The notes beneath the pieces are model-generated. The model was not told where the DNA came from. It worked only from the letters and a program-made list of their open reading frames with translations, and did not search any database. The position numbers and the translations under genes are program-made. Below, in pieces: positions 50,040 through 62,800 of a stretch of DNA of 64,000 nucleotides; positions within the stretch are counted from its first letter, which is position 1, and each line of letters opens with the position of its first letter. Source of the stretch: Cyanophora paradoxa CCMP329 (lineage: Eukaryota; Plantae; Glaucophyta); contig QPMI01000685.1 in the NCBI GenBank assembly GCA_004431415.1, positions 1-64,000 on the forward strand, read 5' to 3'.

Positions 50040-52930
50040 ATGGTTGCGTCCGCCGCCGAAGGCCATGCAGCTGCAGCGCCGGCCGCCGCGCCGGCCAACA
50101 TGGCGTGGGTGTGGCCGCAAGAGGCGGGGCTGCGTGCGGAGGACGGCAGGCACGTGCGCGCCTTCGTAATCGTCGATCCCACCGACAACTTCGGTCCGCC
50201 GCATGCTTGCGCACGCCCTGCCGAGTGCGGCGCCACGCGACCTTAGCTACGGGCGCAGAGCATATTGGGAAGCGCTTACGTGACAACGGAATCATGCCCG
50301 GTGCTCAAGATACCGCGCCCCGCCACCAGCCCGCCGCCGCGGCCGGCCATTCGTCCTGACGCCAGCCGACCGCGCTTCGCGCAGTGCTTATATTCACGAA
50401 CATGATGCGCTACGCGTCGAAAGAGCGCGCCGAGGCGAACAAGGTCCGCCGCGGCTCGCAGGCCCTGCCCTGCCGCTCCTCCCGTCAAGAAAATTCGATC
50501 CGCAGATCGTGGGGATGATGGACAGCATCCCGCACTCGATCGCCACCGGACTGGTCTTTGGGCGCGGCTTCAGCGTATTCGCCGCCCGCCGCAACATGCT
50601 CTCGATCTTGGAGGCGCCCCCCTCCCCACCCGTGCCCCGCCCCGGGGCCCCGCGCCGACGTACCCCGGGCCAGGTGCTCGCCAACGCGCGGTACGCCTTC
50701 GCCGAGGAGGGGTACGAGCTCGAGTTCGTGGGCCTCGGCGCCGACAACGAGATGGGAGTTGACCATTCGGACTGGCCCGTGTGCTCACGTACCCGTCCTC
50801 GGAGCCTCGGGCTCAGCGGGGTACGCGCGCAGGCTCGCGGCGTCCCTCGGGCTCCCGTGCAACCCTGTAGCCAGCGCCCGCGCGCGCCGCGACAAGGTGC
50901 CGCGCCAATCCCGCACGTGTACCCTGGCTCATGACAAGCTACCGTACCCCCCTCCAGGCGGAGATGAAGGAGGCCGTGGAGCGGGCCGGGCTCGTTTACG
51001 CGCGCTACGCGCGCGTCTCCGAAGCCGCCGACGTGGTCCGGACCCCGTACCCCCGTCCTCGGTGCGGCGTACCCCCGAGGCAGTCGCCCGCTCCCGCAGT
51101 CCCCGGCGCTGGCGAAGACCGGCCTGCCCGCGGTCGTCAAAACCCCCGGTACCCCCCTCCGCGCCCGCTCCGCGCCCGCTCCGCATTCGCGTCGCCTGAT
51201 GGCTCTGCAGCCGGCGCGGGAACCAACATGGTACCCATCCTTGCTGGTATCCCTGTACCCCCACCGCGGACCGCCTCGCCGCAGGTGTCCGTCGCGAGAT
51301 CGGAGGCTGAGGTGGCGGCCGCGGCCCGTGCGCCCTTTCCCGCTCCGACGTACCCCTCCCCCGCTCTCCCCGACCCCCTCGCCCCAGAGCGCGTGATAAG
51401 CACGCCGGACCTGTTCGGGCGGCTGCCCACCTTCGCCCTCGTGGAGGTCCGCCCTCGTACCCCCCTCGACCCCCGCCCCGCCGAGCGCCCCGCCCCAGGA
51501 GTACGTCGAGGGGCCGGAGTACGCCGTCAACATGATCGCGAGCCCGGTACCCCGCCCCGCCGCCGCCTCGCCTCTGGCCCGCGAGCGGGCGGCAGGAGCG
51601 GGTGGCGACGACGGACGTGTGGCGGTACGAGAAGCACACCGACGCCGCCACCGGCGCCGTCCTGGTGCACCGGGCACCCCGCACCCAGTACCCCGCCCCT
51701 GAGCGCGGCGGCAGTACGACGAGGCGACGCTGGAGACGGACGTGGGGGCGCCCCTCTGGCGCCGCCTCTCCGCGTACGGCGCCGCCGTCGCCCGCGCCGT
51801 CGGCATCGAGCGCGGGCCCTGCCACCTCGAGGCGCCCCTGCCCCCCCTCGGGGCCGGCCCGCGTGCGCCTGAGCGAGGCGCAGGTGCGGGTGCGGGGGGA
51901 CGGGGAGCCGGTGATGATGGAGATCGCCGCGCGCTTCTCGGGCGGCTACAAGCCCGACATGGCCGCCCGCCTCATCCCGGGGTCCCCGCGCCCCGCCGCC
52001 CCTGCCCCTCGCCCCCGTCCGAGGGGCGGCGTCGGGCAGGTGGGACCCGTGGCGCGCCTTCGTCGAGAGCCGCCTCCGCGGGTTCGAGCCCCCGCCCCGC
52101 CCTCGCCCTCGGGCGGCCGAGCTGAGGGGCGGCGATGGCCGGGGCAGGACGGGGTGGGGCTCGTGGCCGGCGGAGGGCGCCTTCCGGCCCCGCGGCGCCG
52201 CCAAGCACCTCTTCTTCCACCTCGACCGGTGCCCCGCCCCCGCCCTGCCCGAGCCGAAGGAGCGCCCCGGAGGGATCCGAGCCCGGGCCGGGGCGCAGCG
52301 AGGGCGAGGTGGCCGCCGTGCACGGCGTACCCGAGATCGAGGCCCTCCCCACCTACTGGCGGTACCCCCCGGGCCTCTCCGTTTCCCCTGCGCCCTCCCC
52401 GCCCCCTCACCCCGGCGCCCAGGCACGACCTGCACAAGGCGTGCCGCCCCGGAAGCTTCATGCCCCGCACCACGGTACCCGGCTTGCCCCTCGTCTCCCG
52501 GCGTACCGCCCCTAATCCTTCCCCCCGCTTCTCAGTCTTACCTGGACTACCCCCTGCACGTCTACCTCGTGAGCGAGACGCCGGTGCGCCCCCTCGCACA
52601 ATCCCCCCTTCATCGACTCGTGCCGACGGGACGGGCCGGGGCCAGGACGCGGCGGAGGCGCTGCGGGAGGTGGAGCGGGACGCGGCGGCCGCGCGGCGCC
52701 TCTTCCGCGTCGAGTTCGCCGCCGCCGCGCAGCAGCAGCCGCCGCCGCGGGCCGGCGTCGTGCCGAGCGCCTGGGAGGCGAGGAGGGAGGATGCCGGCCA
52801 CGGCGCGGCGAAGGCGGCGGCGGCGGCCGGCTGCGCCCTCGCGGGGCTCGGGCTCCTCCTGCGCAGGCGGCCCGTCGCCGCCGCGGCCGCGGGGGCCGCC
52901 GCCTGGACCCGAGCCTGGCGGAGGCCTTAG
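50040..52930 (+). CDS. Bacterial-type ATP-grasp (L-amino-acid/peptide ligase-like) protein (start uncertain)
   Basis: FVIVDP, NPVASARARRDK.EMK.A..RAGL, LVEEYVEGPEYAVN, TDVWRYEK, GIERGPCHLE and MMEIAARFSGG. Confidence 0.85.
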
Positions 52931-53138
52931 CACTAGCGTGCCATAGCTAGTTGGTTCGGCGGGACTGGCCGTGAAGCCCGCGGTCCTGCTTTGACCGCGA
53001 GCATCGAAGCTCGAGCATAAAAGGGCAGAAGGATGTATTCAAAACGCAGTGGACACATGGGGGAAAGCGGGAAGTGCATGCAGCGCTGCGCCGCTGCACG
53101 CAGCTGAAGCCCACTCCGGGTACACTATTTCTGCAGCG

Positions 53139-56100
53139 ATGGGCGGCGACGACGACGACGCCCCCGGGCCGCCCCGGAGCATGATGGCGGAGGCACAGGA
53201 AGACAGCGGAGACGATGTGGGCCCTCCCAAGCCGAAGCGGAAGAAGGGTGCGCCGCTCGCGCCCGGCGCGTGGCGCAGGCCTCACGGGGCGGCTTTCGTG
53301 CGCGAGCGCAGTGCTGGAGTTCGAGCAGCTGTACGCGGACCACATGCCGAACGCCCAGATGTACGAGAAGAGCTGGATGCACCGCGACACGGTCACGCAC
53401 GTCGCGTGGACGAAGTCGCACTTCCTCGTTACCGCTAGCGTCGATGGGCACGTGAAGTTCTGGAAGAAGCAGAGCACACTCGTCGAGTTCGTGAAGCACT
53501 TCCGCGCCCATCTGGGTGCGCGACCCGGGCGGCCGCCCCGCCGTCGCCGCGGCTCACCGCGCCGGCCTCGCAGCGCCCATCACGTGCATGGCTGTGAGCG
53601 CGGACGGGGCGTACCTCTGCACGGGCTCCGCGGACCAGGCGCTCAAGATCTTCGACGTCGTCAACTTCGGTGCGCCGCCGCCGGCCGCCCCCGCTAGCTT
53701 CCGCGCCCGAGACGCGCGGGGCAGACATGATCAACCTCATCAAGCTCTCCTTCACCCCCTCCGCCGTCGAATGGATCCACAAGCCGAACGCCCCGAAGCC
53801 CCGCATCGCAGTGTCCGCCCCGCCGCCTCCGCGCCCCGGCTCTCGCCCCGCCGCCGCCCCTGACGGCGCCGCGCGCGCAGAGCGGACAGCGAGTCGCCGC
53901 GGATACTGATCCTGGACTCGCGCGGGGAGGGCGAGCCGCTCGCGGAGCTCAAGTTCCACGCCGCGCCCGTGACCCTCATGAAGGCGCGCCGCGCCCCGCG
54001 CCCCGCGGCCGGCCCGCTCCGCCGCCTGAGGCGCCCCGCAGTTCAACGAGAAGAAGGGCGTGGTCGTGTCGGCGGACCAGAAGGGCCTCGTCGAGTACTG
54101 GAGCGGCGAGGAGCCGTACGCCGCCCCCGCGCCCCCCGCCGTCGCCTTCAAGTTCAAGTCCGACACCGACCTCTACGAGTTCGCCAAGGCGCGTGTACCC
54201 CTCCGGCGCCGGCCAGTGCTGGACGGTCAGCTGATCATCGCTGTACCCCGCAGGCGAAGACGCGCCCGACGAGCCTGGCGTTCAGCCCCGACGGGGAGAA
54301 GTTCGTCACGATGAGCAAGGACCGCTTCGTTCGCGTCTTCTCCTTCGCCAAGGTGTCGGGGGCGGCGTACCCCGCGCCCCGCGCCCGGCGCTCACGTACC
54401 CCCTACCGCAGGCGAAGCTGCTTCGGAAGTACGACGAGACGCTCGCCGTGTATCACGAGTACCAGAAGGCCCGCCCGCCGCCCCGTTCCCCTCCCCTCGT
54501 CCGCGCCCGGCTGACCCTCTCGGGGCTGCAGAGCGAGAACCCGACGTACAAGCTCGAGTCGATCGACTTCGGGCGGCGCATGGCCGTCGAGAAAGCCCGC
54601 CTCGCACCGCGCCGGCCGCCCCCCGCCTTCTCGCTGACGGCGCGACAGGAGCTGGAGAAGACGGAGGGGGCGCCGGCCTCGAGCGCCGTCTTCGACGAGT
54701 CGGGCCACTTCATCCTGTACCCCACCATGCTCGGCGTCAAGGGTGCCGCCCCCCGCCCGCGCGCCCCGGGGCGGGGCGGCTGGTGAGAGGGCGGGGCGGG
54801 GGCAGTGGTGAACATCGAGACGAACCGGCTGCTGCGGATCCTCGGCAAGGTCGAGAACGGCGAGCGCTTCCTCCAGCTCGCCCTCTACCAGGCCCGGCCC
54901 CCGCCCCCACGCCTTGCGCCCTCCCTCCCGGGCCCTTTCCTCACGCGCGCGGGCGCGCAGGACAAGCCGAAGCTCGCCGCCGCCTTCGTCGCGGGCCAGG
55001 GCAAGGTCCGGAGCGCCCCTGTCCCCCACCCCCCTCCTCTCTCTCCTTCTCCCCTCGCCGACGCGTACCCCCCGCAGCTGGTGCACCAGACGGACCCGAC
55101 GCTGGTCTGCACCGCCTTCAAGAAGCAGGTGCCGCGGGCCCCCGCCCCCCGCCTCCTGGCCGCCGCCACCGCCGCTAGGGCCAGGCCCCGCCTGTTCAGC
55201 TTCAGCCGCCGCCCCGCATTACAGCTGCAGCGGCTGCTCGGCTGCGCGCGCCGGCGGGGCCTCACGGGGGCGGGGGCCCCGCCGCAGCGCTTCTACCTCT
55301 TCACGCGGCGCGAGCCCGACGACAACGAGTGCGCCGCCGCCCTCCCAGGGCCTCCCCCGCCCCTCCCCTCCCCTGCCCCGGCCGAGCCTGCTCGCCTGGC
55401 AGCACGCCGGAGGGGGGGCGGGACGTCTTCAACGAGAAGCCGACGAAGGAGATGGCGGCGCTCGCCCCGCAGCCCTCGGGGCCCCTCAGGCCCGCCCCCG
55501 CCCCCCGCCCCGCCGCAGGCGAGAGGCCCGCGGCGCTCACGGCAGGCGGGGCGCAGCACGAACGTGTGCCTGCACACGACGCTGGGCGACATCTTCATCA
55601 AGCTCTTCGCCCAGGAGTGCGCCCCGCCCGCCCCTCCCCTCCCCTCCCCCCCCACCCCCCCCCCCACCCCGCCCCCGCCCCCTCTCCTTCTCCTCTCGCC
55701 CTCCAAGGCGGCGCTCGCCGGGCCCCGGCGCCCCCTCTAGGCCCCTGCTGCACATCGAGCCACGGGGCCGCTCTCCCGCTCCCTCGCCGCCCCGGGGCCT
55801 CACGCCGGCCCTTCCCCCCCGCCCGCCCCCCCGTGCAGGTGCCCGAAGACGATCGAGAACTTCGTGACCCACGCCCGCAACGGGTGCACCTCGCGTACCC
55901 CGCGCGGAAGTACCCCTCTCACGGGGGTACAGGTACTTCAACGGCCTGATCTTCCACCGCGTGATCAAGGGGTTCATGATCCAGACCGGAGACCCCATCG
56001 GTGCGCCAGCTGCGTTCGCCGGGGTGCGCCCCTCTCCGGGGGGACGGCCCCGAATTTCTCGCCCCCCCTCGCGCAGGCGACGGCACGGGCGGCGCGTCCA

Positions 56101-56708
56101 TCTGGGTGAGCCCTACCCCCTGCCTACCCCGCCCCCCCGCCCTCCTCCCCCACCGAGCGAACCACCGACCGACGTACCCCCAGGGCCACGACTTTGAGGA
56201 CGAGTTCCACAGAAATCTGCGGCATGGTGCGGGCGCCCCGTTCGGCTCGCGCACCCTCTTTTAACGCTTCTCTTCCCCTTCTCAAGACCGGCCCTTCACC
56301 GTGTCCATGGCCAACGCCGGCCCCAACACGAACGGTGCGGCGGCGTATACGTACCCCTCGTGCCCCCCGGCTTTGCCCCCTCTCACGCCTCGTCCCCCGC
56401 AGGGAGCCAGTTCTTCATCACGGTTCGCCTGCCGGCCCGCCCCGCCCTCCTCCGCCGGCGTCGCGCGAGCCCCTCTGGCCCGCGCAGACGGTGCCGACGC
56501 CGTGGCTGGACAACAAGCACACGGTCTTCGGGCGGGTCGTCAAGGGGATGGAGAACTGCCTGGTGCCCGCGTCGTCCCGGCCCCCGCCCGCCGCCCGCCG
56601 CCTCCGCCTGACGCCCCTGGCGGGCAGCTGATCGAGAAGGTGAAGACGGACAAGCACGACAAGCCCGTCGAGGACGTCAAGATCGTCTCCGTCTCCCTCG
56701 GCTCCTGA
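53139..56708 (+). CDS. PPWD1: WD40-repeat cyclophilin (PPWD1/CYP71), about 24 exons
   Basis: [87 protein letters not shown] and [12 protein letters not shown]. Confidence 0.98.
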
Positions 56709-56831
56709 CCGCGGCCCTCACCCTGCCCGCCGCCCCCGCCTTGCCGCCCTGGCCCCTCGTTTCTGGTGTGTGCAATGGACGCTTGCGGGGGAGGCCCGGG
56801 AGCCCGCCGTGCCACGAACCGCGCTGGGCCC

Positions 56832-57480
56832 TCACGCATGAACGCCGCTGGGCCGATGGCGAGGTTGAAGCGCTGCTTGAGCATGTAGGCGATGGGGTAG
56901 AAAGTGCCAGCCTCCGAGGCTCCTCGGCGACCGCGGCTGCAGCTGGGCTCCGCGGCCGGGGAGCGGGCTTGCCGCCAGCTGCAGCTTGATCCGCCCGGCC
57001 GCGGCGCTCCTCCTCCGACCTCCTGCTGCGTTTCGTCGAACTCCGGTCCTGCTCCGCTTGTTCCATGCCGTGGAAATAGAACTGGACGCCATGTCAGGGG
57101 GAGAGAGGGGCGGGGGCGGAGGGCGGGGGGGGGGGGGGGGGGGGGAGAGACGGGGCGGGGGTACATTGAGCTCTTCTTCCTCGGCGCCTTCGGCCTGCGC
57201 CAACTCAAGCGCCTCCCTGCATTCCTGCAAGGCTGCCGCCTTCTGGTCACGTTGCTTCTCCACCTGCAAGCGACGTGCCGCTGCCGGCGACAAGGCAGGC
57301 GGCTCCACCGGCGCCTCCTCCGCTGCCCCGCGCCCCGCCTCCGGCGCCCCCGCCGCCCCGCCGCCCCGCCGCCCCGCCGCCCCGCCGCCCCCGCCGCCCC
57401 CGCCGCCTCCCTGTGGAAGGCGGCGTGAGCCAGGAGCCGGGATCGAGGATCGGAGGGAGGGCGGGCGAGGGCACACGTTC
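56832..57480 (-). other. Possible orphan coding fragment
   Basis: Coiled-coil-like exon VEKQRDQKAAALQECREALELAQAEGAEEEELN flanked by splice-like sites. No clear start or family. Confidence 0.3.
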
Positions 57481-57499
57481 CTCTAGGAGGGCGGCGAGC

Positions 57500-58790
57500 C
57501 GTTTTATAATTATGATCAGTTAGATCGGTTCGGACCCCGTTTTAATTATAATACCGGTACTGTACATGTGGCCATGCCATGATGGGGCCAGTACTAGTGT
57601 GTGCGTAGTTAACTTAGTACTAGTGTGTGCGTAGTGTTAATTATAAGTCAACTTACCGAGTTAAGTGGGCCGCCGGCTCCGCCGCCGCTGTACATGTGGA
57701 CGTTGGCGGACTAATTTTCGACAGGATTTTCGGGTTTTGGCGAAAGACTCTGAGAAACGCTACGAGTTATGGCCCTTATGGCCCATTGGCCCAAGTTATG
57801 GGCCTCAGGCGGAGTTTCCTGGGCGAACTTGCCAGCCGGCGCCAGACTGCCGCCAGTCTAGGGTTGCCGCTCCGTACGGAGTTCCGGGCAGACCACCCGG
57901 AACCGGAACTCACCCGGAGCTCCGCACGTTCCGCACGGAGTTCCGCAGGTACTGGAGAACCCTAACAAAATGACAGAAAGGAGGCGCCCCCCTGCACGTA
58001 AGAGGCCTAGGGCCCCCAAATGACTAAGATACATCCTATTCGTCATCGATATCCTCCTCCTCCTCGACCTCCTTCTCGTCGTCCTCCTGCACATGCACAG
58101 GTACCCCCCCTGGCCGTGCATGTTTCGCAGCCTCTCGCCGTCTGGCAACTCGATCGGATCGCTCCTGCTGCTCGGCGCTAATTGTAGCGCTCGGATTGCT
58201 GACTCTCCGGCCTTCTGGGCGACTGGCGCTGCAGGGTTCGAACCCGGGTTTTTGTATGGAGGCCTCCGCTCCGTACGGAGTTCCGCCCACCCACCCGGAT
58301 CCGGATCCGGAACTCCGCACTCCGTACGGAGTTTCAGTGCCCCGGAACTCCGGGCCGGCAACCCTACGCCAGTCCGAGAACTCTAGATCTAGGCGCCGGA
58401 TGCATATGCGACTGGCAGATGTTGTCCTTATATTCGTACGGATATGGTGGCGGATGGCGGATTGGCGGATTGAAAGTGCTGGCGGATATTCGTACGTTTA
58501 CAGTATACTAGTATTATAGTAGTATATAGCTAAACAGCGCGCCGTGCACGTGTAATTATAATTACATAAATGACAGAGCTCGAGAGTCGAGACTCGCCAT
58601 AGAGCAGAATCTATATTCGGCAATTTATGATTTATCGCCACGGCAATTCCGGTTTTGGGCGAATTCGGCAATTTGACAACGCGGCAATTAAAGCCGTCCT
58701 ACAGTAGTAAGTACTAGTAATTATAAGTTAGTAGTAACCAGCGCACCGTGCACGTGTAATTATATAAATGACAGAGACTCACACGTCACA
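57500..58790. repeat. Cluster of short dispersed and direct repeats (probable TE/MITE debris)
   Basis: AGTACTAGTGTGTGCGTAGT x2 (~57590, ~57617). CTCCGTACGGAG palindrome x3 (~57870, ~58270, ~58320). CCGTGCACGTGTAATTATA...ATAAATGACAGAG x2 (~58540, ~58745). Confidence 0.7.
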
Positions 58791-59889
58791 GAGTGACCCT
58801 TGGCCAATCAGAAAGATTATAGCTACGTCAACGCTCAACATTTAGTTTTTTTAGAAAAGAATACAAAAAATGTTCACGTAGGTAGTGCGCTCCCCATTGG
58901 TGGGCTGCCGTGGGCATGCGCAGGCTTTACTAGTATTCAAGTCCGTCGGCGCCGCTCCCCGGCGGGACCCGGGAAATTGGAGGGAATCCGGATCCGGGAT
59001 TCCGGGGCCTTCCGGGCCGGGAATCCCGGGATTAGAGCTGTACATGTGCGCAATGCGCATGCTCGCCGATCTCGCGAGTCGCTCGGGCTGGCCGGCCGAG
59101 CGTCGACGATCGACTCCGCCGGGCCGCGGGGCGCCCGGGCCCGCCCGGCCCCGCCGCGCCCGCGGCCGAGCCGCCGGATCCGGAGACGGCCCTGCCCGGC
59201 GGATCGAGTCCGGGCCCCGGGGAGATCATCGCCGAGTCGGATCCGGCCATCATCATCATGACATCATGGCATCCGGGCATGATCCGGCCCGCGGCGGGAG
59301 GACCAGAAACTGGCAGAAAGCGAATTCGAACTTGGGAAGCTCCGGCACTGCAGGCTGGCACCGCAGTACTAGTGGCACGTACCGACGTCAACCAGCAGCA
59401 ATATCGCAGGATTCGCAGCTACCCGGGTGACCGCGCGCAGGCTCCGCAGCACTGCGGCAGCAGCCTGCATGAGGCTGCATCGATATCATGGCATGACGGC
59501 AGCATGCCATGATGAGTACCGGCCGCGGGCCTACCGGTACCGCAGTACCGTTGTACGTATCATAGTATACACTGCCCTACGTACGCGTATACCGTAGCAC
59601 ACTCAGTGTGTGACTAGTACAGCTGCACTGCAGTCGCCGCGCCTGCTCAGTGACTACCGGCTATTGTGCTTACAACAGCAGTATCGCAACCATACATAGC
59701 TACAGGCTACGTATACAGCCGCGCAGCCTGTAGCGCGTAGACGGTCGCAGTGTTGCGCGCACGTGCACGTACGCGTTCCCGGCGGCCTCGAGCTCCGGAT
59801 CCTATAGCCACTAGGCTATGGTAACGTTAGCGATCGACAAGCTTAAGAGTCTTGCACGCCGGCGCCCGCGGAGTCGTGCACGTGCACAC

Positions 59890-62800
59890 ATGTACATGGG
59901 ACAGGCTAGCGCTGAGGCTGCGCGGCTGCTGGCGGCGATCGCTCTGTGCCTCCAGCTTTTGGGACTCGGCTTGCCGGTTTCGGCAGCAGAGCCCAACTAC
60001 GCAGCGTACGGGACTGTCGTCGTGCCATCGGGTCCGTTCGTTTTGCAGAGCCGGTGGGACCCATGCCAGTGCGTCCGTCCTGGTCACGGTATCGCGAACG
60101 ATAACAAGCAGTGGGTGATTGCTGGATGCGACAACGTTTTTAACTGTGAGCTCATGATCAATTGCCTCCCGCATTGATTGCCTCCCCCATTAATCCGCTA
60201 ACGACGCGTATACGTATGCGGATGTATTTGCAGCGACCTCGGGATCCGGGCCATTCTGGTTCAATTGGAACGCAACGGCAAACAACTACGGCCGTCTGAC
60301 CGGCTACGGCGGTAAGGTGTTGAAGATCACAGATCCCGGCGCAGCCACCACGACTGAGTTTAGCGTTTCTCTGGGTGGCGTGCGTGGTCTTTTTAACTTG
60401 TCACAATCTCATCTTTCTGAAGCTTTGAGCTTAAAATTGATCGTCTTTTGTGTGTTTGCCCCCCCCCCCCCCCCCCCCCCCCTGTTTGGCATCGCAGCCC
60501 AAAGACATCTCGAATGCAGCAAGCTTTACGTACACAGGCATGGACTCCCAAGTGAAGTTTCTGAATGATTCGACGGGATGCGTGCGAATCGTGTCAAGGC
60601 TGGCAAGCAACGTCATATTATTCACTGGCCATGTCGGACTGAAGAGGGGCGCTGGCCAATATTCGACCTTTATGCTCGACAACAGAAACCTTGCTGGTCA
60701 ATGACACATTTATGTTTTCATTCGATCAGAAGTTTGGGCTCTAGGGCTGATTTGTAATCTCTCGCTGACCATATGCATGTATTACGTATGCATCGACAGA
60801 TACTAGCTCGACGTGCTGGAACCTCCTCCAAGAACCCCCAGCTCTGCCAGCGGTCATTCCTGTTTATAATTATGTTTTCATCATCCCAGATCGCTTTGTA
60901 TATTAAATGCGCGCGCTTTGACTTTCCTTCATGCAGACTTGCCGGCCGAGAGAGCCATTCCGGCTCAAGAGCGTGGCGGACACGAGCAAGTGCATCACAG
61001 TTGACAGTGCAAGCAGGAACTGGACGCTCACGCCGTGCGGTACGCCGACAACTTTCTATCACTCTCCAATCTTGAAGTCGGCCCTCGAGATCTGATCCGA
61101 AAATTCAGAGTCCCCGTGCACTCCTGAATCGAACCAACAGTGGTGGTCTGTTGAGCCAGTCAGCAATCCAGACCTCAACTACGGATTCCGGATCGCGGAC
61201 TTCCGCGGAGACATAGGGGACCCCATTCCCTCCCCAGACCCTCGGAGTGCGTATCAGAAGACTCTCGCTGGATCCGCCGAGTCGCTTGCCGCGGTGCGAG
61301 CACATGTTTGTGATAGCAATTAACGTATATATTCGCGAATTAATGCTCTCTCGCTTTTGCGAGTAGCACCGAGGTGGTAGGTTTCTTCCGCTCACCAATA
61401 ACCGGCCAATGAAGTCCAGCTCGACGAGGGACGCGGTACTCGACCAGTTCCTCCGTTTCACTACCTACCACTTCAATGCGACCTTCAACGCGCACCTCGT
61501 GCGTGAACGACGCGCCATCGCCAGCGCTTCCTGTTCTTTTCCAAATTAAATCCCTCATCAGGTTGCCATCATGTCGATAAACTCGTACATGTCGTACCTG
61601 ACCGCACCACTGAGCACTACCGGAGCCATGCGGGAGGTTCTGGAGTGGGACGACGGGTACTCTTTGCCAGGCGAGTTTATCACGGCATCGAATCCGAATC
61701 CGGGCTACCCGGCCGGCGCGACTTTTGCGGACATGGCCGCGCATAATGGCTGCCCCAGCTGCCTCTACTGGCACTGGGGAGCCTTCAAAAGCATGAAACC
61801 CAATGTAGAAAAGTATGACCCCGAAGCGGCCGACGATTGGAACGTCCCAGAGCAACTATGGATCGTTCAGGAAAAGAGCGAGGCCTGCCCCATAGCCACA
61901 CCATCGCCCACGGCTACACCGTCGCCTACGGCCTCTCCTTCGCCAATGGCTACACCGTTAACGCTGCCCGTGGATACGGCCACTCCGTCGCCCATGGCCA
62001 CTCCGTCGCCCATGGCTACTCCGGATCCGTCATCAGTTAATGACCCGCAGCCGGGCAAGCTCCTGCCAGTTGTGAAGATCGATGTGAGTCGCGATCGTAT
62101 CTTTGAGCAGCAACCCTTGAGCTTATTTTTTTTATTTTGAGCTCGTGATGATCATCCCCCGCCCACGTGCATGCTGCATGCGCAGCTCGAAACATCACCG
62201 ACGAAGGACCCCACCGCTCTTGTTCCGTCGAAGACCCTCCTGATGCGCTGCCGGTCGAACGTCACCCGCGATCCGAACTTCCCAAACATCGCAGTGCAAG
62301 GATGGATGGCGCCGAATAACGAGTCCGAGCTGGCAGACCTCCTGAGGTAAGACATTTTTAGTAATACTTATTAACCAAGTTAATTAAGAAGCTTTGAATA
62401 ATGGCAGCCTTAAGCTGCAGCTGATCACGCGCGTTACTTTCATTTCTCAGTTATCTGACCGCGGGCGCAACGAAAGCCGAGAACATGCTAGCCTTCCGAC
62501 CCAGCAGCAGGCCCGCCCTTGTGTACGGTTCGCGATATCGATGTTATATAATTATGTACATGCGTATGCATGCGCACATGTAAATGTGCGGCCTCGAACT
62601 TACATCGCCGCGTGCACGGATCGAACAGATAAGGAGTACATCTTGCGCTGCTACGCGAGCTACCCTGGGGCTCCGCCCGAGGAGGTCGTCTACGACGAGA
62701 TCCGCGTTCGGCTTCTCAGCCCGCCGACGCCCGGCACATGCACGGTGGCGCCGCCGGAGGGAATCGCCCTCCAGGATACGTTCACGGTCACGTGCTCGAG

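Noticed and set aside
11482-52930. RiPP cluster pairing the CGC peptides with the ATP-grasp enzyme
   Set aside because: More than 26 kb and many housekeeping genes separate them, and the enzyme looks like an amino-acid ligase type rather than a RimK/graspetide type.
6050-57500. Hundreds of long Arg/Pro/Gly/Ala-rich ORFs and apparent overlapping genes
   Set aside because: Stop-poor shadow frames and intron read-through in very GC-rich DNA; the real proteins appear only as spliced fragments.
57955-57966. Telomeric AACCCTAA seed
   Set aside because: Single copy, expected by chance.
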